From contig CAMAPH010000004.1 in the NCBI GenBank assembly GCA_945859975.1, forward strand, positions 1 to 64,000: a stretch of 64,000 nt of DNA, read 5' to 3'. The DNA is from Chthonomonas calidirosea (GTDB taxonomy: Bacteria; Armatimonadota; Fimbriimonadia; Fimbriimonadales; Fimbriimonadaceae). Below, one piece after another: positions 49,924-59,930 of the stretch. Below the pieces are notes generated by a model. It was given only the letters and a program-made list of their open reading frames with translations, was not told where the DNA came from and ran no database searches. The position numbers were made by a program, and so were the translations under genes. Within the stretch, counting starts at the first letter, position 1; each line of letters starts with the position of its first letter.

Positions 49924-50370
49924 TTACTTCTTGGCGAGGAACGGCTTGATTTCGCCGATCCAGCTTGATGGAGTCGAACCAGGCGTGAAGCCCGAAGTTC
50001 CGAGCACCTTACCAGCCGAGTTCAAAATCAGGACGGTTGGGAACCCTTGGATTTCATACTTGTTGGCAAGCGCTTCGTTCTGCTTGCTCAGCTTCGCATC
50101 CTGCTTGGTTCGGCGTGGGAAGTCGAGCTCGAGAAGGACCACATTCTTCTCCGCCCACTTCATGAACTCAGGCTTGGAGAAAACGTCCTTGTGCAAGCGA
50201 ATGCATGGCGGGCACCAGTCGCTGCCGGTGAAGTCAGCTAGGATCGGCTTGCCCGTTTTCTTTGACTGCTTCACTGCTTCGTCGTAGCTGGTCAACCACT
50301 TTGGACCAGCGGCCATTGCACCGGCAACCAGGAGCAGCGCCGCAATACTAAAGAAACTCTTCATACCCAT
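49924..50370 (-). CDS. Exported thioredoxin-family protein
   Basis: Signal peptide, DFTGSDWCPPC, IQGFPT. Confidence 0.9.
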   Translation of the reverse strand: MGMKSFFSIAALLLVAGAMAAGPKWLTSYDEAVKQSKKTGKPILADFTGSDWCPPCIRLHKDVFSKPEFMKWAEKNVVLLELDFPRRTKQDAKLSKQNEALANKYEIQGFPTVLILNSAGKVLGTSGFTPGSTPSSWIGEIKPFLAKK

Positions 50371-50404
50371 GTAAAACGCACGGTACCACGATTCAGTTCA
50401 TTGA

Positions 50405-52234
50405 TCAAAGCATTTTAAGGCTAAATCGCCGATACTTTGCCAACCCGAGTTGAGCGTTGTTGTGACTTAGCCCCACGAGACCCACCTCGACCGGGCCCTC
50501 AGCGATGGTCACGGAGTGCAGCAGTTCAAGCTCTTTCCCTTTGCGGGCAACAAATCCCTCGAGTTTGGTTCCGGTTCGGCGAAGGACGAGTTGCGTGCCA
50601 GCGAGGTCGCCAGTAGCGGCTTTGGGACCGATCATCTCCCTTCCAGCGGTCCCCCGGTGAGCAAACTGAGCCTCGCCCGATGGGAAAACCGAAAGAAGAG
50701 TGGCGGCTGCATTTGGCTCGAGCCCAAAACGGACCATGACTCCAGCTTTGGCGTACGCATCGGTATCGCGCAACGATTCGATTTCGCAGGAAATCTCGAA
50801 GTCACCCGAGACCGACTGATGCAGGAAGCGGAACTGGTCGCGGTCGCCCCAGATATCGCTTCCGCCGCCGAAGAGTTCAAGCTGGGGTTCTCGGTACTTA
50901 GCACCGCCTGGTCTCGCGCCTCCGACGTCGGTCTGCATCCATCCGGGTACAGCGTCGTTCGCGGGTGCGACGAGAATGGGTAATGGCGGCTTTGGTAGCG
51001 GATCGAACTTTGGATTCTTCGCGACCATGAACTTTCGGAGAGGCTCATTTACGGCAAGTGCCATTGTTCCGAGCCCCTTCATATAGGACTCAATCCCAGC
51101 TTTCGAGTCGTTTCGGAAGTCGACCTTGGGTGCTGGCGCCTTGCTGGTGACCATTCCCCATGTTGCCGATCCGACGCCGCCATCTCGGCTCATCACCTTA
51201 TACGACCACATCGTGCTCATCCAGCCGTAGGAGGCATGGAGGTCGTAGTACCGCCGCATCATGCCCCCCCCGCCGGCGCCGTTGAAGACCACATTGAATT
51301 CGCCGATCAGGAACGGTGCGTTCGTCGCATTCTGTTGTTTCTCAACTTCTTTCAAGCGATTGATGTGCGCGACGTGAGTTGGGACGGTCGGCGCTCCGCC
51401 GCCGAACAGACCGGGATAGTAGTGCATCTGAAAGCCGACATTCTTCCAGCCGTTCTGCTTCGGGTTTCCGTAGTGACCAAAGTCGTCGTAGTTGCCCATC
51501 GCAAGGATCAGCTTCTTATTGTCGATGGCACGGACGACGGGATACAGCCGCTTAAAGAGGGCAACTTGCTGGGGCTTAGTGCCGCCGTACGGCTCGTTAA
51601 ACAGGTCGTATGCGACTACATTCGGGTTCGAGCGGTATCGCTTGGCAAACTCTTTCCAAAGCCACTCGGCTCGCACTTGATTCGATTCAACCGTCCAGAC
51701 TTTGTTTTGCTCGCTACGGCCAGTATGGTCATACGGGCTCTGTCCGCCCTGAATACCGTGTAGGTCGATGATGGTGTACATGCCATGTTCGGCCGCCTTC
51801 TTCACCGCGAGGTCCACCCAGCGGAAGGCGTTCGGCTTCAGTTTCATTGGGGCGCGGTCGTCTTCGAACATTCGATAGTTCAGTGGGAGCCGAACGAGGT
51901 TGAAGCCAAAAGACTTGATGAGCTTCCAGTCTCGGTCCTTCATCCAGTTGGAGTAGAAGGTTTCCATCAGTCGGTCCTTCTCTGCCTCGCCAAATCGGCT
52001 GGTCAGGATTTCCTCCACCTCGTACTGATCTTTGTAGCCCGAGAGTTCGAGCATCCACATCTCGAGGATCAGCCAGTTTCCGAGATTGCAGCCTTTGAGG
52101 GTGACGGGCTTTCCGCTGGCCGTGACCATCTTTTCTCCCCGGGGCAAAAGTTCCGGCAGGTTCTTTGTTTGCGCTACGGTCGCCGATGACACGAGGAGGG
52201 CTAGGGCTGCGATCATGATAATTCGTTTTATCAC
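50405..52234 (-). CDS. Secreted GH5 glycoside hydrolase with C-terminal beta-sandwich domain
   Basis: LKGCNLGNWL.LE.WM, FNLVRLP, IDLHG, YDLFNEP, HYY, IGEF; C-terminal G.DIWG..DQF..AKAGVM. Confidence 0.88.
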   Translation of the reverse strand: MIKRIIMIAALALLVSSATVAQTKNLPELLPRGEKMVTASGKPVTLKGCNLGNWLILEMWMLELSGYKDQYEVEEILTSRFGEAEKDRLMETFYSNWMKDRDWKLIKSFGFNLVRLPLNYRMFEDDRAPMKLKPNAFRWVDLAVKKAAEHGMYTIIDLHGIQGGQSPYDHTGRSEQNKVWTVESNQVRAEWLWKEFAKRYRSNPNVVAYDLFNEPYGGTKPQQVALFKRLYPVVRAIDNKKLILAMGNYDDFGHYGNPKQNGWKNVGFQMHYYPGLFGGGAPTVPTHVAHINRLKEVEKQQNATNAPFLIGEFNVVFNGAGGGGMMRRYYDLHASYGWMSTMWSYKVMSRDGGVGSATWGMVTSKAPAPKVDFRNDSKAGIESYMKGLGTMALAVNEPLRKFMVAKNPKFDPLPKPPLPILVAPANDAVPGWMQTDVGGARPGGAKYREPQLELFGGGSDIWGDRDQFRFLHQSVSGDFEISCEIESLRDTDAYAKAGVMVRFGLEPNAAATLLSVFPSGEAQFAHRGTAGREMIGPKAATGDLAGTQLVLRRTGTKLEGFVARKGKELELLHSVTIAEGPVEVGLVGLSHNNAQLGLAKYRRFSLKML

Positions 52235-52281
52235 ATTTCCCCGTTACGACGCGACACCAGATTGGATACAATTTCTACGGG

Positions 52282-52575
52282 ATGAAGTTTATTGACCAAT
52301 TGAAGTCCAACGAAGGGAATTTGCTCGCGGCTGGCATTGCATGGACCATCGGACTCGCTTGGTTCACCATCGGAGGCTTCTACCTCGGCACGATCTTCGG
52401 CAAGAAGCACGTTTACGATTTACAAGCGAAAGATATTTCCGGAATCGGTGTCAATGGCCTGATCATCGGATTCCTTGTTGGCGTCGGCGTTGCAACGTTC
52501 ATCACCTTCGCTTATCCCAAGTCGACCAAGCGAGACGAAGAAGCAGAAGCGGCTGCCGAACACGCGCACCACTAA
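52282..52575 (+). CDS. Small two-TM membrane protein
   Basis: Two hydrophobic segments; His-rich tail. Confidence 0.65.
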   Translation: MKFIDQLKSNEGNLLAAGIAWTIGLAWFTIGGFYLGTIFGKKHVYDLQAKDISGIGVNGLIIGFLVGVGVATFITFAYPKSTKRDEEAEAAAEHAHH

Positions 52576-52588
52576 GTTTGCTGAGCCG

Positions 52589-53638
52589 CTAAGCGGAGTA
52601 AGTTCGGCCCTTCCACTCGGTTTTTCCGGTCTTCCGCCAAATCATCGAGCGGACAATCGTCGCGGCTCCGATCGTCAATACGAGCGGCATCACGAGCACC
52701 GGCCATTTTGAGGCGCGGGCCGAGAGCGACACCATAAAGCCGGACCACGTGAGCAGTGCGAGGGTCCATGGTTCAAGAACCCATCCCCATCCCAAGAAAA
52801 GCAGGAAGAGTGCGAGCAGCGCACTGCCCAAAAAAGAATTGGTGATTTCGAATGAGTTCTTGCTGAACCCGTCGAAGGCTTGTCGCCAAGTTTCGTACAT
52901 GCGCACGGTCATGACTTGCGTGAGGTTGAGAGTCCAGACCTTCACGCCCTTTTTGGCCAGCAGTCGCCCCATGGCGACGTCTTCCATGATGCGTCCTTTC
53001 ACCGCTTCGTGCGGCGCGATGGCTTCGTAAGTGGATCGTCGCCAGGCCTGAATTTGTCCGTTCAGGAATTGGCTATGCCCGAGCCCGGTGCGATCGACGA
53101 GGCCGAAGGGGTTGCTCGCGAGCAGAATCCAACCCACCCACGCGGCGAAAAGTGGTTCAAGCCCGCGTCCAGGAAATACCTTTGGGATTCCCGTGAGGAC
53201 ACCCAGCTTTGGATCCGTCTCGGCCATGTGGGCTAAACGCGCAATAAAGTCTGGGCACACCTCCGTATCGGCATCTAGGAGGATTAGCCACTGGTTCTCG
53301 GGGTTCTCGAGCGCATGGTGGCAAAGGGTGTAACAGGCCCGGTTCTTACCGGTCCAACCTTGCGGAAGCGCCGAAGATGAGCGGATTACACGCGCGCCGA
53401 GGGACTGGGCAACTTCTCCGGTTCCATCGTTCGAATCGTCATCGAAAACGACGGTCGGAATCTGTTTCACCAGTTCCGGGAGCAGTCGCCTCAGGTTCTC
53501 AGATTCGTTTCTAGCCGGAATGAGCGCGATCCAGCCGGTGGCTAAGCCATCAATCTTTTGGGTTGGCCGCTTCATGAGCAGCCAATTGACGGTACTAACT
53601 GTCGCGTTTAGGCCGTAAAGCACCCACAGCAGGGTCAC
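52589..53638 (-). CDS. GT2 glycosyltransferase (carotenoid glycosyltransferase CrtQ-like)
   Basis: LIPARNE, DDDS.DGT, LP.GWTGKN.AC, LDAD, NGQ, EDV. Confidence 0.85.
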   Translation of the reverse strand: MTLLWVLYGLNATVSTVNWLLMKRPTQKIDGLATGWIALIPARNESENLRRLLPELVKQIPTVVFDDDSNDGTGEVAQSLGARVIRSSSALPQGWTGKNRACYTLCHHALENPENQWLILLDADTEVCPDFIARLAHMAETDPKLGVLTGIPKVFPGRGLEPLFAAWVGWILLASNPFGLVDRTGLGHSQFLNGQIQAWRRSTYEAIAPHEAVKGRIMEDVAMGRLLAKKGVKVWTLNLTQVMTVRMYETWRQAFDGFSKNSFEITNSFLGSALLALFLLFLGWGWVLEPWTLALLTWSGFMVSLSARASKWPVLVMPLVLTIGAATIVRSMIWRKTGKTEWKGRTYSA

Positions 53639-54585
53639 CGGTTCCAGAACTCCGGATCATCGGAGCCGAGATACCAGATGGTAATGCCCGGAATGCCATA
53701 TCTTTTCGCGATCCCATGTTTCGCCCACATCGCTTGAGACCCGGAGAAATAGACCTTATCTTTCATCAGCTCACCGCTCATGAGATCCATTACGGCTTCA
53801 CGGCGGTTAAAGTCTTCGATCCGCAGGCTCAACGCGGGTTTTCTGGACCAGTCGTAGCCATAACCCGCCACGCCTAGTCGCAATTTTTCTCTAGGAACCC
53901 GAGTGAGGGCGTACTTGACCACTCGCTCGACCCAATCATTTGGCGCAATTGCCCCGGGTTCGCTGGTATCCCAGTGGAAGTCGTAGGCCATGATGCGCAC
54001 CGAATCGGCCGCGGCACCGAGCGCCTTCCAGTCATGCGCATTTGGCGCTTCCCAACCCACCTTGTCGCTTTCTTTCGCGTGGACGGTGACGCTGAGGTGC
54101 TTCTTCCCCATTGCGGCCTTCAGCTCGCGGACGAACGCGCTGTAGCGGTCAACGTCATCGGCTTTCATTGCCTCGTAGTCAAGGTCCAGACCGTCGAGCT
54201 TGTCCACCTTGATGAACTGCAGAAGCTGATCGATGTGGCGCTTTCTACTCGCCGGGGTGGCAAGCACCTTTGTGATTCGAGTGGGCTCAAATCCGTTCTC
54301 CCCGTAGTTGTTGATCATGCCGAGAAGACGGATTTTGCCGGCGGTGATCTTTCGGACTTCGGCGCGGAATTGGGGGGTAACGCCGTAGGCGTACTTCACG
54401 CTACCATCGGGCTGAACGGTGAGCCAGCCGGGAAGAATCTCAGACAGCTTTGCTCTTCGAGCCTTCAGCGCCTTTAGGCAGTTGGGGTTCCAACTCACGA
54501 TCCAAGCCGACCGTTGAGGGTCGGGATACTTTGGTTTCGGGGTCTGTTGACTGATCCATCCAAGCGCCATTGCCGTGAGCAGCAT
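53635..54585 (-). CDS. GH18 chitinase-like / peptidoglycan hydrolase
   Basis: LDGLDLDYE catalytic motif, IMAYD, YGYDW, IWYLG. Confidence 0.85.
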   Translation of the reverse strand: MLLTAMALGWISQQTPKPKYPDPQRSAWIVSWNPNCLKALKARRAKLSEILPGWLTVQPDGSVKYAYGVTPQFRAEVRKITAGKIRLLGMINNYGENGFEPTRITKVLATPASRKRHIDQLLQFIKVDKLDGLDLDYEAMKADDVDRYSAFVRELKAAMGKKHLSVTVHAKESDKVGWEAPNAHDWKALGAAADSVRIMAYDFHWDTSEPGAIAPNDWVERVVKYALTRVPREKLRLGVAGYGYDWSRKPALSLRIEDFNRREAVMDLMSGELMKDKVYFSGSQAMWAKHGIAKRYGIPGITIWYLGSDDPEFWNR

Positions 54586-54624
54586 TCGGCTAGGCTACCT
54601 TTCCCAGACCCCGACTGATCGGCG

Positions 54625-55134
54625 TTACTTGCGGCGGTAGGTGGACTTCATGAACGAACGCCAACTGCCATCTTCGCTCTGGCCCCAGGCGGTCATCGTT
54701 CGGGTGTTTTCGTCGATAAGTTCGTGCACGTCGCGGTAGTTCGCGGTTTCGCCGTCCTTCACCATGCTCGGCCCTTCGCAGTTGAGGGTCATTACCTTGT
54801 CATCTTCGCTGAGCTCGCCGAAGTACTTCCAGAGGTGCAAGGACGCGGAAGCGAACCAGCAGCCGCGGTATTCATTGAACGAAACGTCCCACCCAAGGGC
54901 CAGTTTGTGGTGCATCGACTCGCCGTCGGGCATCGTCATTTCGCCCTCGCCGAAAGCCCAAAGTCCGCCGAGCATGGTCACCCTCTCGCTGCCTTCGCTG
55001 GTCATCTCTGGTCCGGTTGGTCCCATCGACATTTCGGTGGTGATGGTCCATTCGCCGACGAGGTTTTGTAACCAAGCGTGTTCGGCAACCGGCTTGGTTC
55101 CGGAAGGCGGGGTTTCTTCTGTGGTTTCGCTCAT
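54625..55134 (-). CDS. DUF1579 family protein
   Basis: EH.WL..LVGEW..G.E...MLGG.W..G.W; start reset to ATG 55134. Confidence 0.75.
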   Translation of the reverse strand: MSETTEETPPSGTKPVAEHAWLQNLVGEWTITTEMSMGPTGPEMTSEGSERVTMLGGLWAFGEGEMTMPDGESMHHKLALGWDVSFNEYRGCWFASASLHLWKYFGELSEDDKVMTLNCEGPSMVKDGETANYRDVHELIDENTRTMTAWGQSEDGSWRSFMKSTYRRK

Positions 55135-55299
55135 CGTTCGCTCCGAAGACGAGTATACGAGTTGCGTGTGATGTAATGTTTTGGGAATCTGTATGTACAG
55201 AAACGCAGATCGAATGGACAAGCGCGGCTAGCTTAAGAGGCTGTTCAGATGCTCTACGTCAATTCGGCTACCGGCCAAGCAGAAATTGAACCGGTGGAG

Positions 55300-55374
55300 T
55301 GGTGGGCGGTACAGGGATTGAACCTGTGACCCCTACAGTGTCATTGTAGTGCTCTACCACTGAGCTAACCGCCC
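55300..55374 (-). tRNA. tRNA-Val (GAC)
   Basis: GGGCGGT-TAGCTCAGTGGTAGAGCA-CTACA-AT-GAC-AC-TGTAG..GGTTCAATCC..ACCGCCC-A-CCA; 75 nt. Confidence 0.96.
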
Positions 55375-55408
55375 GAGCGAAGGTTCATTATGACACAACC
55401 TTCGGCAC

Positions 55409-55437
55409 AAAAAAAGGGTGCCGGCGAACCGGCACCC
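55409..55437 (-). terminator. Rho-independent terminator of the PEP-CTERM gene
   Basis: Minus strand GGGTGCCGG-ttcg-CCGGCACCC-TTTTTTT. Confidence 0.92.
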
Positions 55438-55452
55438 GAGAATCTGCGAGGA

Positions 55453-56064
55453 TCAGGCCGACTTGCGGCGGCGGAAGAAGCCGAGGGCGCCGAGGCCGAG
55501 GACGGCGAGGGAGGCTGGCTCTGGGACAGGGTTCGAAGCGACGACCGAGACGTTGTCGATGTGGCTAACGAGGCCGTTCGTGTACGTCAAGAACTTGATC
55601 GTGCTGGCACCGGTCGCGGTGAATTCGAAGCTGTATCGCTTGGTGGTGTTGCCCGCTTCGTTACCCTGGAGGTTGCTGCCGAAGGAGGTGCCGTTGACCA
55701 TGAAGTCGACGCCGCCGTTGTACTGGGTGCCGCCGGTGTAGACGTCGAAGCTGACGGTGTACTTTTTGCCGATCTGGGTGGCAAGGGTCTGCTCGATCCC
55801 GCTGCCGGCTTTATCCGACGTGCCGCTGAGGTCCAGGTGCTGAGTCTGTTGTCCGAGGTAGCCGTTGCCGGTCAAGGTGACGTTGCGGCCGGATGGTCCA
55901 ACGACGTTCCAACCGGTGAGGCCGGTCGAACCCACGGCGTAATTCGTGGAGCCGCCCGACAAGGCGTTGGCTTCGAAGGTGCCGTTGATAACAAGGGATG
56001 CCTGAGCGGCAAACGGGAGAACGAGGGCAGACGCGGCAAAAGCGATTCGTGCAACAAACTTCAT
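55453..56064 (-). CDS. PEP-CTERM sorting domain protein (DUF642-like beta-sandwich)
   Basis: Signal peptide ending AQA; LVINGTFE; C-terminal VPEPASLAVLGLGALGFFRRRKSA; start reset to ATG 56064. Confidence 0.92.
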   Translation of the reverse strand: MKFVARIAFAASALVLPFAAQASLVINGTFEANALSGGSTNYAVGSTGLTGWNVVGPSGRNVTLTGNGYLGQQTQHLDLSGTSDKAGSGIEQTLATQIGKKYTVSFDVYTGGTQYNGGVDFMVNGTSFGSNLQGNEAGNTTKRYSFEFTATGASTIKFLTYTNGLVSHIDNVSVVASNPVPEPASLAVLGLGALGFFRRRKSA

Positions 56065-56145
56065 GATTAAAAGTATGGATGCCCGCGCCGTGACTTCCTG
56101 TACCCATTTCATGGTCACGCGAACCCGGTAGCTCAAAATGGACGA

Positions 56146-56814
56146 ATGGCAACCATCCGCATCCTTGAGTCTCGAACGGACCCGCAATTCTGGCCGACAC
56201 TCGAACTCTACGTCGAGTCGTTTCCGCGCGATGAGCGCGTGCCGCTTGGGCGCATGGCGGAGTTTTTTGGCGGCGATGCGCGAGAGGGCAAGCAAGAAGG
56301 CAGCGTTTTGTGGCGGGTTGCGATTGCCGAAGAAGGGAGCGAGTTGGCGGGGTTCCGGGTGTTCGCCGTCGACCTGCAGTCCGGCTTGGTGTTTCTCGTC
56401 TATCTCGCCGTCGATCCTCGGTTTCGGCGGCGCGGGATCGGACAACTACTCATTGACTACGCAAGAGACGACAGTCAGCGGGAACTGGGCGAGAAGCCGC
56501 TGGTCGCGATGTTTTTGGAGTGCGAGCGGCCCGAGCTAGTGCAGGGCGAAGAGCACGAGAAGCGGAAGGAGCGACTTCGGCTCTTCGGCAAGTATGGGGC
56601 GCGCATCATTAGCCGAGCGTATGTGATGCAGAGCATGGGCGAAGGGCGCGATCCGGTGCCGATGATTCTGCTGGCGTATCCGATTGCCGAGAAAATCGAC
56701 TGGATTGAGGCGGTGAAGTCGTTCCACCGCCGGTTCCATAGCCTTCCGGCTGGGTCTTCCCTCGAAGTCGACTGTCTAAAAGGTTTAGAACCTACTCCGT
56801 TGATTCCGTACTGA
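56146..56814 (+). CDS. GNAT N-acetyltransferase
   Basis: YLAVDPRFRRRGIGQLL acetyl-CoA motif. Confidence 0.85.
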   Translation: MATIRILESRTDPQFWPTLELYVESFPRDERVPLGRMAEFFGGDAREGKQEGSVLWRVAIAEEGSELAGFRVFAVDLQSGLVFLVYLAVDPRFRRRGIGQLLIDYARDDSQRELGEKPLVAMFLECERPELVQGEEHEKRKERLRLFGKYGARIISRAYVMQSMGEGRDPVPMILLAYPIAEKIDWIEAVKSFHRRFHSLPAGSSLEVDCLKGLEPTPLIPY

Positions 56815-57130
56815 TTGACCCGCCCGCGGCCGCTCCAGCGGCCCGTCTGGCTTGGTCTTTCGCGGCCTGGCCGACGCCCGATCCGCCACCCTGAATGTTC
56901 TCGGTGCCAGTCATCGGGGTCATTCCGCCCATAGCTCCGCTTCCGATCGGCGCGACTCCTCCCCCATTACCCTGGGCCGTGCTAGCAGGCGCCGTGCCGC
57001 CGGGTGCCGTGGCGCCAGGGGCTTCCGCTGGGACGGCAGGCTCGGCTGGCTTTGGCGGCTCGCAGCCAACAAGCAATGCCGAAGCAAGGACAAGCGTCCC
57101 GGACAAAAGAAGACCCATTCGATTTCGCAT
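56792..57130 (-). CDS. Low-complexity lipoprotein
   Basis: Lipobox LVGC; ATG 6 nt after TAAGAT. Confidence 0.75.
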   Translation of the reverse strand: MRNRMGLLLSGTLVLASALLVGCEPPKPAEPAVPAEAPGATAPGGTAPASTAQGNGGGVAPIGSGAMGGMTPMTGTENIQGGGSGVGQAAKDQARRAAGAAAGGSISTESTE

Positions 57131-57168
57131 GCCTGTATCTTAACCCTCCGTCGGCTCATAATCTAGAG

Positions 57169-57513
57169 GTGAAGCAACTTTCTCTCGTAGTCTGTGCAGC
57201 AATCTTGGCTGGGTGCATTGGGCCACAAGAAACGGCGGTCGAGAAGGAAGCGCCGGGAGCGGTGAACCGAATCGGCCAAGCTCCGGTTGCAGGCGAGGAC
57301 GCAACCCCAACCGGTACGGGGGAAGACAGTGGCCGAAGCCGCCTGAACATTGGAATGTTTGTCGATGACGTCATCTCGATCAAGGGTGCGCCCGCGCGGA
57401 AAGTGCATTCCCACGAAACCGAAGGGCAACATCTCGACATTTATGAGTACGACGACGTGAAGGTCACCTTCGAAAAAGGGAAGGTTTCGCGCATCGAACC
57501 GATCAACAAGTAA
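57169..57513 (+). CDS. Lipoprotein (SmpA/BamE-like C-terminus possible)
   Basis: MKQLSLVVCAAILAGC lipobox; IGM..DDV....GAP...YEY....VTFEKGKV; GTG 6 nt after CATAAT. Confidence 0.7.
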   Translation: MKQLSLVVCAAILAGCIGPQETAVEKEAPGAVNRIGQAPVAGEDATPTGTGEDSGRSRLNIGMFVDDVISIKGAPARKVHSHETEGQHLDIYEYDDVKVTFEKGKVSRIEPINK

Positions 57514-57587
57514 GCGAGAATATTCTCAGGCCACTGCACAACACTAATCCACGATTCCCGGTCCGCAAACCTCGGTAAAGTAGCCCC

Positions 57588-59135
57588 ATGGTTACGGCCC
57601 TGATAGCCGGTGGATTATTGGCAATGACGCCCTCGCAGCAAGCAAAAAGCGATTTCGAAAAACGTGCAAACGACTGGCGCAATGGTGCAGTGGTCTACCA
57701 AGTTTTTGTAGACCGCTTTGTTCCACCAACGAACATTGCGTCCAAACAAAGTTTGTATCAAACTCCCCTAAAGCCTTGGACCGAGTTACCTAAGGCGCGA
57801 TTTGACGAGAAGACCAAGTCCTACCCCCACGTTTACGACTTTTGGGGAGGCGACCTCAATGGTCTGTCCACGAAGTTGGACTACATCCAGCAATTAGGCG
57901 CGGATGTTGTTTATCTCAACCCGATTTTCACCTCACCCAGTAATCACAAGTACGACACTACCGATTACCTAGAGATAGACCCCCAACTCGGAACGATGAG
58001 CGATTTCAAATCGCTTCTCAAACAGGTCCACGCCAAGAAAATGCGCCTGATGCTTGATGGTGTTTTCAACCACATCGGTAACGAGTCACCGATTTTTCTG
58101 GAAGCCAAGTCGAACCCAAAGAGCGCGCGGCGTGATTGGTTCTTCATCGGAAATGAGTACGAAAAGGGCTATCGCGGCTGGGCAGGGGTGAGTTCGATGC
58201 CAGCTTTGAAGCTCGAAAATCCCGAGGTTCGGGATTACCTCTGGAAGTCCAAGACGAGCGTGGTGAACCATTATCTCAAGCTCGGTATCGATGGCTGGCG
58301 GCTGGACGTCGCCTTCGAGCTCGGACCGGATTACCTTTCGGAACTGACAAAGTCGGCCCACGCCACGAAGAAGGGCTCGGCGGTGATCGGCGAAATCTCG
58401 GGATACCCCGCCGAATGGCACGGGGCCGTGGATGGCGTTTTCAACTTCCACAGCATCAACCTCGGCATCGAAATGCTGAATGGAAACGTGAGCGGTGGCC
58501 AAGTGGGACAGATGTACGACGACCTCGTCGCCGATGCCGGAATCGAATCGCTTCTAAAGGCCTGGCTAATAACGGACAACCACGATACGCCGCGACTTTC
58601 GAGCGTAGTAAAGGATTCCGAAACCCGGCACTTGGTGAAGGTACTGCAAATGACCCTACCGGGATCCCCCTGTCTCTACTACGGAACCGAACTCGGCCTT
58701 CCCGGTACAGGTGACCCCGAGTGTAGGGCACCTATGCCATGGGACAAAGTCACGGATTCGAATCCCGACTATGCGAGTACCAAAAACCTTTTGAAATTGC
58801 GGAAAGCAATGCCGGCGCTCAAGTACGGCGACTACAAGTCGCTTCGTACGGACAAATTGCTCGCATTCGCGCGCACCACCGATCGACTTCAGGACACCGT
58901 CATCGTGGTCATGAATCCTACGACCAAATCGGTTAAGGAATCGTTTGCCTCACGGGTTGGAAGAATCATGAGCTGGGGCGAGATGGTCGATGTGATGACC
59001 GGGAAAAAGTATCGTTCCATCACCGGAATGCTAAATCTCGAATTGCCCGCAAAGAGCGCGATGATCCTGGTCCCCATCACCGACCCATTTGGCGGTTACT
59101 CACCGTATCAGCGCATCCTCGATTCCGACGGCTAG
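57588..59135 (+). CDS. GH13 alpha-amylase family (neopullulanase/cyclomaltodextrinase-like), exported
   Basis: YQVFVDRF, GGDL.G, SNHKYDT.DY, DGVFNH, DGWRLDVA, GE, DNHD. Confidence 0.92.
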   Translation: MVTALIAGGLLAMTPSQQAKSDFEKRANDWRNGAVVYQVFVDRFVPPTNIASKQSLYQTPLKPWTELPKARFDEKTKSYPHVYDFWGGDLNGLSTKLDYIQQLGADVVYLNPIFTSPSNHKYDTTDYLEIDPQLGTMSDFKSLLKQVHAKKMRLMLDGVFNHIGNESPIFLEAKSNPKSARRDWFFIGNEYEKGYRGWAGVSSMPALKLENPEVRDYLWKSKTSVVNHYLKLGIDGWRLDVAFELGPDYLSELTKSAHATKKGSAVIGEISGYPAEWHGAVDGVFNFHSINLGIEMLNGNVSGGQVGQMYDDLVADAGIESLLKAWLITDNHDTPRLSSVVKDSETRHLVKVLQMTLPGSPCLYYGTELGLPGTGDPECRAPMPWDKVTDSNPDYASTKNLLKLRKAMPALKYGDYKSLRTDKLLAFARTTDRLQDTVIVVMNPTTKSVKESFASRVGRIMSWGEMVDVMTGKKYRSITGMLNLELPAKSAMILVPITDPFGGYSPYQRILDSDG

Positions 59136-59140
59136 CCAAA

Positions 59141-59695
59141 ATGCGATCGTTCACCAATCTGGAACTTCCCTCCGACCGGCTACTGCTTCGACCTTTGCAG
59201 CAAGGCGACGCGGAAGAGCTGTTCCAGATTTTCTCGAACCCACAAGTGATGCGCTACTGGAGCCATCCGGCCTGGGAGACCATCGCCAGCGCAAGAGAGC
59301 AGATTGAGCTAGACGAGGTGGAGCTAGCCGAGGGCGACCACCTACGGCTCGGGATCATCCGCAAGCAGGATGAAGCCCTCATCGGTACCTGCAGCCTATT
59401 CGCCTTCGATATCCAAAACCGCCGCTGCGAAGTCGGCTACGCGCTTCATCCAGATGCTTGGCATCAGGGCTTCATGCAGGAAGCCCTCTGCGTACTGCTG
59501 GACTACGCCTTCGACACGCTCGATTTGAACCGTCTCGAGGCAGACATCGACCCACGCAATGTCGCGTCGGCCAAGAGCCTAGAACGCTTGGGCTTTGTGC
59601 AAGAAGGATTGCTCCGGCAACGGTGGATTGTGGGTGAGGAAGTTTCTGATTCGGCGCTATACGGGTTGCTGAAAGACGACTGGCGCAGTCGTTAG
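59141..59695 (+). CDS. RimJ/RimL-family GNAT acetyltransferase
   Basis: RLLLRP, EVGYAL...W.QG, N.AS...LERLGF..EG. Confidence 0.9.
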   Translation: MRSFTNLELPSDRLLLRPLQQGDAEELFQIFSNPQVMRYWSHPAWETIASAREQIELDEVELAEGDHLRLGIIRKQDEALIGTCSLFAFDIQNRRCEVGYALHPDAWHQGFMQEALCVLLDYAFDTLDLNRLEADIDPRNVASAKSLERLGFVQEGLLRQRWIVGEEVSDSALYGLLKDDWRSR

Positions 59696-59930
59696 CAAGA
59701 AAAATTTCGGAAATTTTCGCAAAGTTCCGAACTTTCGAATCCTTCAGAAACTTGTGAGACTCTAACTATATGGGGACGAAAAACGCTGGTTCGTTCGAAA
59801 CGGTGGAATCTCTTCCCCAGCTTCACAGCGTCGTGGAACTCTCGCCGTACAGGATTTGAAGAGAATCCCAACACCTGTTCTGTGCAGACCCAAAGAGGAC
59901 CGGCGGTTGAACTGCCGGATACCGTGATCC

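Noticed and set aside
52589..53638. Carotenoid biosynthesis cluster
   Set aside because: Only the CrtQ-like glycosyltransferase is present; neighbours are unrelated
59751..59768. Rex operator upstream of cydA (TTGTGA...)
   Set aside because: Only a half site; the TTCACAA arm is missing
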